Virus record (IMG/VR): IMGVR_UViG_3300050821_003907
Location: 117,161 to 181,160 of that record
DNA length: 64,000 nucleotides
DNA from: a virus
Direction: 5' to 3' (one strand)
Both the position numbers and the translations under genes were made by a program. This document shows, one piece after another, positions 1 through 8,770 of the stretch; positions within the stretch are counted from its first letter, which is position 1, and the number at the start of each line of letters is the position of its first letter. Below the pieces are notes generated by a model. It was not told the DNA's origin, made no database searches, and worked only from the letters and a program-made list of their open reading frames with translations.

Positions 1-79
1 TAATTCCGGCCTGCTCAGGATGTGCACGCTGCACGTCCTTCAGCCACGCCTCACTCATGTGCCAGCGCTGCGCGACCAC

Positions 80-250
80 CTAGAGGATGAGCTGGAAAAA
101 GCTGCTGACGAAGGACTCCGTTGGCTGGACGACAGCTTTCGCCACGTAGAATTCAATCTCGTCCTTGGTATACCAGTAAGGCCCAACGTACTTCCGGTAG
201 ACGCAGTTCTTGTCAGCAGCCTTGAATTCCTGGGGCCTGATGCGTGCCAT
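80..250 (-). CDS. hypothetical protein, 56 aa (not in ORF track)
   Basis: Hand-translated MARIRPQEFKAADK...; ATG overlaps the upstream TGA (TGATG coupling). Confidence 0.5.
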   Translation of the reverse strand: MARIRPQEFKAADKNCVYRKYVGPYWYTKDEIEFYVAKAVVQPTESFVSSFFQLIL

Positions 251-561
251 CAGGCGATGTCTCTGTACGTCTTGCCTGTGATGACCTGGCGAATTGAGCT
301 GCGTGACGGCATGTTCGGCTGCTTGGAAATCTGCCAGTCGCTCAGCCCTTGAGAATTCAGCCGCTTGATTTCCCGCACGGTATCATCACTCATCGCACGG
401 TCCTTGCGCGCCTTAATTGGCTTGCTGTGACTAATGCCATTAAGCACGTTGTAGATTGTAGACGGGTTCACGTCATACTCCCTGGCGAGTGCCGTTACCC
501 CGGCAGCTTGTCGCAGGACCTTAATCATTTCGGCGTCATTTGTAGTAAGCTTACGGCTCAT
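250..561 (-). CDS. tandem helix-turn-helix DNA-binding protein
   Basis: Two HTH-like units (VTALAREYDVNPSTIYNVLNG; SDWQISKQPNMPSRSSIRQVITG). Start moved to the ATG at 561, which has an AGGAAGG RBS. Confidence 0.6.
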   Translation of the reverse strand: MSRKLTTNDAEMIKVLRQAAGVTALAREYDVNPSTIYNVLNGISHSKPIKARKDRAMSDDTVREIKRLNSQGLSDWQISKQPNMPSRSSIRQVITGKTYRDIA

Positions 562-616
562 GTCACGAAACCCTTCCTCATCCGCAATAGTTAATTCCCT
601 GTGGTAGGCTTGCGCC

Positions 617-826
617 ATGGATGTAATGCACTTGGTTCAGAACCCTGTGATGGACCCCATTGACCTTTGTGAATACCCCGTGGAAGTGTCGCAGAACATA
701 GGACTCAGGCTTGCGGCTGCTGAAGGACTTACTGAAGCAGAGGCACTAGACGCTTTCATTGAAGCCCTTCCTGACACCGTGACCACCGATAAAGGTGACA
801 TCCGCCTTATGTTCGTGGTGAGCTAG
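617..826 (+). CDS. hypothetical protein
   Basis: Acidic, protein-like ORF followed closely by the next + gene; start uncertain. Confidence 0.5.
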   Translation: MDVMHLVQNPVMDPIDLCEYPVEVSQNIGLRLAAAEGLTEAEALDAFIEALPDTVTTDKGDIRLMFVVS

Positions 827-833
827 GAGCGAC

Positions 834-1145
834 ATGAGCGATACTCTTGACGACAATCCCGGTGGCGCAACTAAGTTCACGCTGCCGTACATAGAAAAGG
901 TGCTAGGGAAGTTCCCGTTCATCGGAGTCAGTGAGCGTGACCAGATTCTGGCTAACCTCAAGGATGGTAAGCAAGTGCTCATGCACCTGGAGGGACGTCC
1001 TGACAAGGAATGCTTCCTGATGATTGTCAAGGTAGGTGACGGGCTTTACGGCGCTAAGACGATGCCTCATGACATCGGGCAAGCACTACTTGCAGCCAAC
1101 GAAATCCTGTTTTCCCTAGAGCAACCTGATGAGCCTGAAGAGTAA
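834..1145 (+). CDS. hypothetical protein
   Basis: AGGAG RBS directly upstream; 103 aa with protein-like composition. Confidence 0.65.
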   Translation: MSDTLDDNPGGATKFTLPYIEKVLGKFPFIGVSERDQILANLKDGKQVLMHLEGRPDKECFLMIVKVGDGLYGAKTMPHDIGQALLAANEILFSLEQPDEPEE

Positions 1146-1340
1146 TTCACAGGGACGCGTATCCACTTTCCGTAGAGCCTCACATGCCAGCAACGATTCT
1201 CAACTCAGTCAGTTCATCCTGCTCAGCAAAGCAGGTGGCACCGAACTAACGAGGAAAACCTTCACCGATACTTTCCCTACCCGAAGCAAGTGGCTGTTGT
1301 AAGCGGCGAAAGGAGGAAGACCGCCCGCGCCCCTGTGAAT
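1145..1340 (-). ncRNA. candidate structured ncRNA (~196 nt)
   Basis: 15-bp terminal inverted repeat (1145-1159 / 1326-1340) and nested stems. Two mismatches become G-U pairs only on the minus strand. Confidence 0.4.
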
Positions 1341-1354
1341 ATTAACCCAGCTTG

Positions 1355-1732
1355 TTAGCTGGAAGCATCGCGACGGTAAACTAGCGTCGGCTTATGGACT
1401 TCAAAAAACTTCTCGATGGGACGAGCTCCGACTACAGCGGGCACGGAACTGTAGGTAACCGAGCAAGACGTGAAGCACTCAATGACAAATCCATCACAAC
1501 TAGCCCACGCCTTGCGCACGTACCAGTCAATGCCTCCGCTGCCGCGCCAGACATCGCCTACCTTGACCTCAGGCTGGACTTTATCCATCATGGCGTAAGG
1601 CAGAAACGCTTGGCGAGGCGCAGTTTCGGAATGGGAAACAGTAACCCAGGCACCGGTACTGCCAGGCATGTCAATCTTAGTGCGAAACTCCTTGATGACG
1701 ACCTCGTCACCTTCGCTGAATGCGTCTGTCAT
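1355..1732 (-). CDS. hypothetical protein
   Basis: Start moved to MTDAFSEG at 1732 (ATGA overlap with the upstream gene). Confidence 0.6.
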   Translation of the reverse strand: MTDAFSEGDEVVIKEFRTKIDMPGSTGAWVTVSHSETAPRQAFLPYAMMDKVQPEVKVGDVWRGSGGIDWYVRKAWASCDGFVIECFTSCSVTYSSVPAVVGARPIEKFFEVHKPTLVYRRDASS

Positions 1733-1974
1733 GATTGCTCCCCTTCTAGCATTACTTCCCCATCCGCGCCAAATCGCTTGACCAGGACCCTCTCGCCACC
1801 GTACAACGCGAAGATGACCTGGCTTATTCCGGCGTTCTTGGCTAGCATCTGCGCGTCCCTGAGGGCCTGCGTGACGCCCTTGAGCGTGCCGGGGTATATC
1901 GTGACGCTCGGCCATGGACAGGGCTTCTCCGTGCCGCTACGACGCATGTATCGGTCAGGCTTAGACTCCGACAC
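1729..1974 (-). CDS. hypothetical protein
   Basis: In the coupled minus-strand run. Confidence 0.6.
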   Translation of the reverse strand: MSESKPDRYMRRSGTEKPCPWPSVTIYPGTLKGVTQALRDAQMLAKNAGISQVIFALYGGERVLVKRFGADGEVMLEGEQS

Positions 1975-2341
1975 GCGCCAGCTCGTCCGGTACTAGCTCT
2001 CCGTCACGGAAGCGCCAGTTCTGCCCGTAGTAATTGGCGTACTTCTCAGGACCCTCATTATCCAGCATCTCTTCAATAGCTAGCATCACCTCTAGGGCCT
2101 CTTCAACGATGAAGCCCATGACCGATACCTGCCACAACTCATGCTCTAGGCCGCCAGCACGGTTCCAGCGCTTGCTGCTGGAATGGATGAACACCGTTGG
2201 ACCGCCCCAGATATTGTTGGATATGTCTGCCGCGTAATCGTAGGAAACTTCTGCCGTGCGCACGTTAATAGCTTGCAGGTGCCCAGTGCATGAGTCCCAT
2301 AGGCTGGAAAGAACAGGTGCACGGAACATGCGTTCAGTCAT
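1961..2341 (-). CDS. hypothetical protein
   Basis: TAATG coupling with the upstream gene. Confidence 0.65.
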   Translation of the reverse strand: MTERMFRAPVLSSLWDSCTGHLQAINVRTAEVSYDYAADISNNIWGGPTVFIHSSSKRWNRAGGLEHELWQVSVMGFIVEEALEVMLAIEEMLDNEGPEKYANYYGQNWRFRDGELVPDELARVGV

Positions 2342-2583
2342 TAAAACGGATATCCAATCGGGAATACCTTCTTGAAAAGCTCTCGTGCTTCGGTAATAGG
2401 CTCAGGCGCGTGAGTGTGAGGATTGAATGTACGGTCTGAACGAATCAGATTGTCGGCTACACACATGTCGTATGCCTTAGCTAGTTCGTGCAATCGCCTA
2501 CGGATAAGTGCGGCATCATTGCCTGCGCTACGGTTACCGTGTGGCTTTACGCGAATAATGATGTAGCACTCTTCGTTAGTCAC
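2341..2583 (-). CDS. hypothetical protein
   Basis: AAGGAG RBS, GTG start overlapping the upstream TGA. Confidence 0.6.
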   Translation of the reverse strand: MTNEECYIIIRVKPHGNRSAGNDAALIRRRLHELAKAYDMCVADNLIRSDRTFNPHTHAPEPITEARELFKKVFPIGYPF

Positions 2584-2747
2584 GGTAGCTCCTTAATGCC
2601 CAATGCCGCTACCCAGCCATCAAACTCCCTGTGCCACGAGGGTGCGTTGGACCGGGAGCTGAACTCAGCACTGATGTCAATATAGTCTTCTCTTGCCTGC
2701 GCAAGCAATCTCGCAAGAGCTTCTTTGTCAACGCTAACGCGACTCAT
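2580..2747 (-). CDS. hypothetical protein, 55 aa (not in ORF track)
   Basis: Hand-translated MSRVSVDKEALARLLAQAREDY...; fills the gap, GAGGAG RBS. Confidence 0.55.
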   Translation of the reverse strand: MSRVSVDKEALARLLAQAREDYIDISAEFSSRSNAPSWHREFDGWVAALGIKELP

Positions 2748-2976
2748 TTGCACTCCTCAGTCGCTTGGTAAGTTCTTCTTGCATGTACTCGTAGCCTCGT
2801 GGCAGTGGACGCGTCAGGCTGTGTTCCTTTAGCATGTGCACGCACAGCTCTACTTCACAGTCAGCATCACTTTGAAAACGTCCGCACTGCCAGTCCCAGT
2901 CACACTGCTGTATACCGTTATCATCTTCACTAAGGTCACAGTAGGCTTCATACGCGGTGTAAGGCTCAACAGGCAT
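2734..2976 (-). CDS. hypothetical protein
   Basis: AGGAG RBS; Cys/acidic small protein. Confidence 0.6.
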   Translation of the reverse strand: MPVEPYTAYEAYCDLSEDDNGIQQCDWDWQCGRFQSDADCEVELCVHMLKEHSLTRPLPRGYEYMQEELTKRLRSANESR

Positions 2977-2983
2977 GATTCTC

Positions 2984-3463
2984 CTAATTACAGTACTTGT
3001 AGCCCGACACTTCCACCAGGAAACCGCCTTGGACAGCGCGCTCCATCAGGTAGTCCACCGTGCCAGCTTCTGAATACTCGTCCAGGCCAGCAGGGATTCG
3101 CAGGTTACGGCTAGTGGTGCTGTTGACAATGCCCGGCGCGGAGAACGCTACGTTGATTGTCTTGACGTTCTCAGTGAGAGACAACGGCTCATCACATCCG
3201 CAATTCTGACAGGTGAAACCCTCAGGTGGCAGGTAAAAGCACTTATGGCACGATGCCTTGACTTCCCACTCACGTACATCAAAGGCGCTAGCGATGGCTG
3301 CCAGCGGCGGCGGGTAGCGCGTGCCCTTTTCCATGCGCAGGATGTGGCTCTTGTGCACGCCACCTAGCAGCATTCCTACAGCCGCCAGTGACATCTTGTT
3401 CTCAGTGCGCAGACGCCGCAGGGAACGACGTGCCAGCTCTTGGTCTTGCTGAAGCTTATCCAT
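2984..3463 (-). CDS. XRE-family HTH regulator with CxxC-CxxC zinc ribbon
   Basis: LRRLRTENKMSLAAVGMLLGGVHKSHILRMEKG is Cro/C1-type HTH; CHKC...CQNC follows. Confidence 0.75.
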   Translation of the reverse strand: MDKLQQDQELARRSLRRLRTENKMSLAAVGMLLGGVHKSHILRMEKGTRYPPPLAAIASAFDVREWEVKASCHKCFYLPPEGFTCQNCGCDEPLSLTENVKTINVAFSAPGIVNSTTSRNLRIPAGLDEYSEAGTVDYLMERAVQGGFLVEVSGYKYCN

Positions 3464-3474
3464 AGTGGTCCTTA

Positions 3475-3792
3475 TTACATGCCGTGAGTGAGTCCGTCTG
3501 CGGTTCTTACAGTAAGCTTCAAACCCGACGGCATCGTTTTTAGCTCTATGAGGGTAAAGTCTCCGTAATCCATCACGAGGTCTAGGTAGGCTAGTAGACT
3601 GCTGACTTTTTGTCGAATTTCCAGGTCGTAACTGTACCAGTCATACGCCACGAATTCCGTGTCAGGCAAGTCATCGTCACCATGCACGGGACTGAAAAGT
3701 ACCGCAGCGCCTTGAGGTGCATTATGCGAGATGCCGTTATCGTCTACACCCCCAACATGGAACCCGAACTGGTATTTCACCAGCTCTATCAT
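3475..3792 (-). CDS. hypothetical protein
   Basis: Coupled ORF, GGAG RBS. Confidence 0.6.
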   Translation of the reverse strand: MIELVKYQFGFHVGGVDDNGISHNAPQGAAVLFSPVHGDDDLPDTEFVAYDWYSYDLEIRQKVSSLLAYLDLVMDYGDFTLIELKTMPSGLKLTVRTADGLTHGM

Positions 3793-3974
3793 TCGAACTT
3801 CTCCACTCCGAGGAACAACGGGCCTAGCTCAATGTGAAGCCAGTACACCGAACTGTTAAAGCTGATGTAGAGGTGGACCCAGTCGCGCCAGCTTCTGTTA
3901 CGAACAGGACTCGTAGCCAGAGGTGACCAGTACGCGTAAGAGTGCCCTTTAGTGAGGACAATTTCAGGTTTCAC
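3789..3974 (-). CDS. hypothetical protein
   Basis: GTGA overlap. Confidence 0.5.
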   Translation of the reverse strand: MKPEIVLTKGHSYAYWSPLATSPVRNRSWRDWVHLYISFNSSVYWLHIELGPLFLGVEKFE

Positions 3975-4195
3975 GTTAGCGCTTTCCTTCCCTCAGTGCC
4001 CAGCACCGCTATCTCCACGAGCCGCATGGTGTAGACGTGCTCCAGGGCACCGCGCATAGTGCGCTTCCAGTAATCACTCACGCCGTACTGGTTGCACTCA
4101 GGGTTAACGCAGAACCACTCCCAGCGCATTCCCGGCTTGTACCGTTCACCCCGGCGCTTGCGCACATGACAGTGGTGCTCGTGGTCCCAGTGCAT
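3971..4195 (-). CDS. hypothetical His/Cys-rich protein
   Basis: TAATG coupling; H/C motif may bind metal. Confidence 0.55.
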   Translation of the reverse strand: MHWDHEHHCHVRKRRGERYKPGMRWEWFCVNPECNQYGVSDYWKRTMRGALEHVYTMRLVEIAVLGTEGRKALT

Positions 4196-4632
4196 TACTG
4201 CACATCCCAGGGTAGCTCTTCCTGGTTCTCCAGGAGCCGCTTGATGGCAGGTTCTGCGGGCATGTAATTCGGGCCCTTGAGAATCTTGCCGTCATCGCGC
4301 AGGAGAGGCTGGCAGTCTGGCCCAATCTTAGACATGTTCGACAGGTGGACTAGCCGCAGGACTTCATCCAGGTTAATGCCGTAAGTAATCGCAGTCCCGT
4401 AGGCTACGTACACGACGTCAGCTAGTTCCTTGGCAATAGCCACGAGTTCATCTGACTCAAGAGCCTCAACAAGCTCACGCGTTTCCTCCCACTGAAGAGA
4501 TGAACGCAGGCTTATCTCCTGGTTGTCAATGTTTGCGGGCTGCGCGGGCGTGTTGCGCATGGGCAGGTCGAACATCGCGTGGAAGTTAGCGACTTCCCAG
4601 GCCACATCGGACACACCATCTGGTGTAGGCAT
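4195..4632 (-). CDS. MazG-like NTP pyrophosphohydrolase
   Basis: EETRELVEA...KELADVVYVAYG...LDEVLRLVHLSNMSK...RDDGKILKGPNY matches the all-alpha NTP-PPase pattern. Confidence 0.88.
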   Translation of the reverse strand: MPTPDGVSDVAWEVANFHAMFDLPMRNTPAQPANIDNQEISLRSSLQWEETRELVEALESDELVAIAKELADVVYVAYGTAITYGINLDEVLRLVHLSNMSKIGPDCQPLLRDDGKILKGPNYMPAEPAIKRLLENQEELPWDVQ

Positions 4633-5702
4633 TAGTATCCTCCTTCTATGTCAAGGGCGTGCTTAAGTGCTTTTGCAACACATGTAGCGAGCGTCGGCGG
4701 CACGGCATTACCGATTAGCCGGTAGGCTGAGCTGGCAGGGACCGCGTTCCACGGCAGGTCCACCGGAAAGGTCTGCAACGCAGCAGCTTCCTGCGCGGTA
4801 ATCCTGCGGTGAACATAACCACTGTCTCCGCGATAAGGACGGGCACCATCTACGAGAAAGGGGTGGTACCACTCTACCCACGGAGATACACTACCACCCG
4901 AGTTCAAGCTGAGAGAATCAATGAACGGAGTCTTGTTACCTCCCATTATTGCTGGAAGGGTATAAGCAGGTGCGTCTAGGTTCAGCGGTCGTGCTCCGTT
5001 GAATAGCATTCCACTGTACGGACTACTGCGAAGCACAGGATTGCGGGCGAATGTAATCTTTGCGTTCGACTTAATGTCGTTGCCCAGCGCTCCGTAAACA
5101 GGCATTTCCGATAGGACACTGCGAACTGTGCCGCCCCGCATGCGCTGGTCAAACATAGCACACGTAAACGGTATGGAAATGCTGGAATTCTTGGGGAATC
5201 CTGCCAGGAACAAGCGCTCGCGGTGCTGGGGCACGCCGTATTCTGCGGCATCAACCACTAGCGCGCACAAGTCGTAAGACTCCCGGAGGAAACTTTTCAG
5301 GCGCTGAAAAGCTGAAGCATGCCGGGAACTTGTAAGGTCCTTTACGTTCTCCATGAGGAATGCACGAGGCTTCTTTGCATACACCACTGCTGAAAATGCG
5401 AATATCATCTGGCTTCGAGGGTCGTCAGGGTCTTGATTGCCTGCCCTGCTGAATCCCTGGCACGGCGGCCCACCGATGATTACGTCGGAGTCAGGGATTT
5501 CCTCTTCCCAGTTAGCGTGCATGATGTTGCCGGTAGAAAAATGAGAATCACGCTGGGACATGTAGTTACGTTGCATGGCAGCATCGTGAATCACCTTGGC
5601 GTGAGGGTCGGTATCGTTAGCCCACTGCACATCGAACCCGGCATTCGTAAAGCCAATGTCAAGTCCGCCTGCTCCAGAGAACAAGCTTGTAACGGTAGTC
5701 AT
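4632..5702 (-). CDS. DNA (cytosine-5)-methyltransferase
   Basis: Motifs I (SLFSGAGG), IV (GGPPCQGFS), VI (ENV), VIII (QHRERLF), IX/X (RRIT...QTFP, IGNAVPP). Confidence 0.96.
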   Translation of the reverse strand: MTTVTSLFSGAGGLDIGFTNAGFDVQWANDTDPHAKVIHDAAMQRNYMSQRDSHFSTGNIMHANWEEEIPDSDVIIGGPPCQGFSRAGNQDPDDPRSQMIFAFSAVVYAKKPRAFLMENVKDLTSSRHASAFQRLKSFLRESYDLCALVVDAAEYGVPQHRERLFLAGFPKNSSISIPFTCAMFDQRMRGGTVRSVLSEMPVYGALGNDIKSNAKITFARNPVLRSSPYSGMLFNGARPLNLDAPAYTLPAIMGGNKTPFIDSLSLNSGGSVSPWVEWYHPFLVDGARPYRGDSGYVHRRITAQEAAALQTFPVDLPWNAVPASSAYRLIGNAVPPTLATCVAKALKHALDIEGGY

Positions 5703-5986
5703 CAGGTGTCCACCCCCTTTTCCTTACTGCCCGCCAGGTGCGACGTATGAAGCCTGCCAAGTATCCACTCTTCACCTTGGCGCATTGCTTTCTTGCGGAA
5801 TTTCTCGCACCCTATCAGCATTCCAGACTGAGACTGGACAATCCAGCCTCGAACAGGCCCACGGCTGACGGCAGCAAGCTTCTCGTATCTTCCCCCGGAC
5901 TTCCTGAGCATGAGAATCCTTGAGCCGTCAGCCTCATGTTCCCAGAACATCGAGCTCTCACCGGGGTTTAGCTTAACGCGGCGCAC
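5702..5986 (-). CDS. hypothetical protein
   Basis: TGATG coupling to the MTase. Confidence 0.55.
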   Translation of the reverse strand: MRRVKLNPGESSMFWEHEADGSRILMLRKSGGRYEKLAAVSRGPVRGWIVQSQSGMLIGCEKFRKKAMRQGEEWILGRLHTSHLAGSKEKGVDT

Positions 5987-6320
5987 TGGCTTGCCAGATG
6001 AGCGTTAGTGCTCCGGTAGCACAGCTACGTGAGTACTGGCCAACGTCTCCGAACCTGCGAAGCGGAGTGCTAGTGTTAGTTTTACAGTCACTGGTGGCCT
6101 GCCAGACCACACCTGCGTCATCGCGGTAGATAGCCCCCGGAATAAGCGTGTCAGGAATGCGCACTACCATCGTGATGTGAGCCGGGTGAACGTAGGATGA
6201 TGTGTTAGCGACACCTCCCCTGACTTCAAAGCCATTTGCGTCTGACCGCGTAACGCGACCCCGGATTGTAACCTCTACAAGCTCATCATCACGAGGGTAA
6301 ATGAATGCGTTGTTAGACAT
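5973..6320 (-). CDS. hypothetical protein
   Basis: AGGAG RBS; overlapping run. Confidence 0.6.
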   Translation of the reverse strand: MSNNAFIYPRDDELVEVTIRGRVTRSDANGFEVRGGVANTSSYVHPAHITMVVRIPDTLIPGAIYRDDAGVVWQATSDCKTNTSTPLRRFGDVGQYSRSCATGALTLIWQASAPR

Positions 6321-6498
6321 CTTTACGAGACTCCTGTCGTGCTCGCTCGATTACCTTGAGGGACAGTTCCGGGAACAGTTTGTCACCCTTGTGGAACAGT
6401 TCCATGTCAAGGTAACGTTCGAATGCTTTAAGCGCATTACGGTAGAGGACCGGATTAGCGTCCCCTGCTGACTGGTTCTTGCTCATCCGGTCCTCCAC
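6313..6498 (-). CDS. hypothetical protein
   Basis: Small coupled ORF. Confidence 0.55.
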   Translation of the reverse strand: MEDRMSKNQSAGDANPVLYRNALKAFERYLDMELFHKGDKLFPELSLKVIERARQESRKDV

Positions 6499-6508
6499 GT
6501 ATGTGCTG

Positions 6509-7441
6509 CTACTTACTGGGAATTACGATTCCGCTGCTGCTACCTGGCCAGCAAGAGAACCCGGCAGGCGGGTTAAGCTGACCATCAGAGATGGCGTTCA
6601 TGCACTGCTGCACTAGCACCAGCGGGTTATTGGCGACAGACTGCTCGATGATGTTGTTCGCCTTGGCTTGCGCCTGGGCAGTCTTCTCTGACTGCTGTGC
6701 GACATCAGTCTTAGCCGTCTGGGCCAGCACTGTGTTGATGCGATTCCGGACGGTCTGGTCGTACGTCAGCGGCTCAACGATGAGCGTGTCAATATGCACA
6801 TCATTGCCGATGCGGGCAGTCAGCGCGCTGGCAACCTCAGCCGATAGCTGAGCCGTGCTCGGGTTGCCGGGCGTTCCCGGTGCCGCATTGGTGGCGAGCA
6901 GCTTAATGGGGTCGTACCCATCATAGACGCTGTTCATCGCGACGTTCAGTTCCGGCTGAACCAAAGCCGTAGCCACGTTAGCGGTGTTGCCCTTGTACGC
7001 ACGGAACAGGGTGTCCGTCGCGCTCGGGACTAGCTGCCAGCGGAGCTTGACGTCTGCCTGAGCAGTCTGCTGCCCGGCAACGCGGACAGTAAGCGTGTAG
7101 TTCATGTTCTGGACGCTCTCGTCCATTAGTGACATGTTCTCCCACGGGGCAATCCAGTGAGGACCAGGGCCGTCGTAGCTAAGTACCTTCCCGAAGGAAG
7201 TTGTCACGCCGATATCGTAGGTTCCCACTGCATTGAACGAGCTGACAGCCAGCATGATGGCCGCCATGACACCAGCGAACGCGCCGATGCCTGTAGCCCA
7301 GTAGCCGATGAAGCGCATGTCTTGCGCATCAGTCGGATGCGTGTTGGGAGAAGCTGCGCCCTTCCGCAAGAGGACGGTTGTGATTACCATCGCAACCAGG
7401 AGTGCTGCGAAGAGAATCGCAAGGATGAAAGTGACAGGCAC
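6509..7441 (-). CDS. SPFH (band 7/prohibitin) domain membrane protein
   Basis: Two N-terminal TMs, IGVTTSFGKV...GPHWIAPWE, and a C-terminal coiled coil (AQQSEKTAQAQAKANNII). Confidence 0.85.
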   Translation of the reverse strand: MPVTFILAILFAALLVAMVITTVLLRKGAASPNTHPTDAQDMRFIGYWATGIGAFAGVMAAIMLAVSSFNAVGTYDIGVTTSFGKVLSYDGPGPHWIAPWENMSLMDESVQNMNYTLTVRVAGQQTAQADVKLRWQLVPSATDTLFRAYKGNTANVATALVQPELNVAMNSVYDGYDPIKLLATNAAPGTPGNPSTAQLSAEVASALTARIGNDVHIDTLIVEPLTYDQTVRNRINTVLAQTAKTDVAQQSEKTAQAQAKANNIIEQSVANNPLVLVQQCMNAISDGQLNPPAGFSCWPGSSSGIVIPSK

Positions 7442-8098
7442 TTAAGATTCCTTAGGCCGGGACGGGTTCGCGGGCAGGCTCGGGAGCAGCAGGCTCAGTG
7501 ACAGGAGTCTCCGCTGGCTCTTCCAGCGGCTCCAGTTCAATCTTGCGGAGAGGTCGCCCTATGTCTCCGTTGCGTGGTGTGGGTACCATGTCTACCTCCG
7601 TAGTATCGTACGGTGTAACAAGTTGCCAAGGGCACGTATTCCCTAGGCTGGCGCGTGAGGCGGCCCTGGCTGGGAGAAGTCAGCGTAAGGAAGTCGTTCC
7701 TCACAGCCGTTTTGTCCCCGCCACATCTGGTAATCGTACTTGACCTTAGGCAGGTAACCATCTTTGTCACATGCCCTTGCAATCCAGATGACATCACACG
7801 TCGGGCAGTGCAGCATGTAGTTAAGCGCCTCGTAGCGCTCTCCGTTATTGCCGCAAAGCCAGCAGGTAAGGAGGCATTCCCCAGTGCCAGTAGCAGGACC
7901 CACGGGGAACACCTCCTTAGTAGTGGTGAGGCTAGGCACTCTGGAACCGTCGCACGGGTGGTGCGAAGAATGCGCCAGGCGTGTACTCATCCTCAATGTC
8001 CAGCAAGAAGCCCTGCGTTTGTATCCAGTCTTGCAGGGTCCTGTTGCTAAGACCATCACACGGGAACTCTTCATCGAACGTCGAGTCGTCCATGTCGT

Positions 8099-8431
8099 CT
8101 ACTTAGGTTCGTAGACAGTGACGGTCTTAGGCTTTGCCTGTACCTCTTCAAAGGTACCGTCCCAGTCGTAGCCGTAGTGAGAAGCGTAGTAACCTTCCTT
8201 GCGGAATAGCTGGTCACCGATGCGAATAACCATCCAGGCTTCCGACCCCAGGTCAGTGCCGCCGTAGTTCTCTTCACCCTTAAGGCGAACTTCCTTACCC
8301 CGCAAGGTGATGGTGTACTGATTACGACTGCCGTAGCTGCTGTACAGGTCGGAGTTCAGCTCGCCCCAGCCAACATCGTCAAGGATTTCCTGAAGAGCTT
8401 CCAGTACTTCCGCGCGTGTGTAGTCAGTCAT
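8099..8431 (-). CDS. hypothetical protein, paralog of 8441..8770
   Basis: AGGAG RBS; shares LF(R/K)KEG..S.YG..W.G...EV and YEPK. Confidence 0.75.
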   Translation of the reverse strand: MTDYTRAEVLEALQEILDDVGWGELNSDLYSSYGSRNQYTITLRGKEVRLKGEENYGGTDLGSEAWMVIRIGDQLFRKEGYYASHYGYDWDGTFEEVQAKPKTVTVYEPK

Positions 8432-8440
8432 CAGCTTCTC

Positions 8441-8770
8441 CTAGTCGCTCTTAGGCTCGTAGACGGTGGTGTACTTCTTGGATGCCTTTACCTCAGTAAC
8501 GTCACCCTCCCATTCAGAGTCTCCATAAGAGTCAGCCCAGCCCTCCTTCTTGAAGAGCTGATTGCCCACCTCGAAGATTACGAAGTTCTCTTGCGAGTCC
8601 TGCTCGTAACCATCATAGGAACTCCCTAGCTTGGTTTCCACGATAGTGAAGGTAACAGGCTCATCGTGCAGCCAGATAGCACCGAGGTATCCGACGCCAC
8701 GCCGTGCCACCTGCTCCCAGTTGATGACTTCAGCGGCGTCCTTGACTTCAGTCAGGGAATAACTAGTCAT
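8441..8770 (-). CDS. hypothetical protein, paralog of 8099..8431
   Basis: Same motifs as its neighbour. Confidence 0.75.
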   Translation of the reverse strand: MTSYSLTEVKDAAEVINWEQVARRGVGYLGAIWLHDEPVTFTIVETKLGSSYDGYEQDSQENFVIFEVGNQLFKKEGWADSYGDSEWEGDVTEVKASKKYTTVYEPKSD

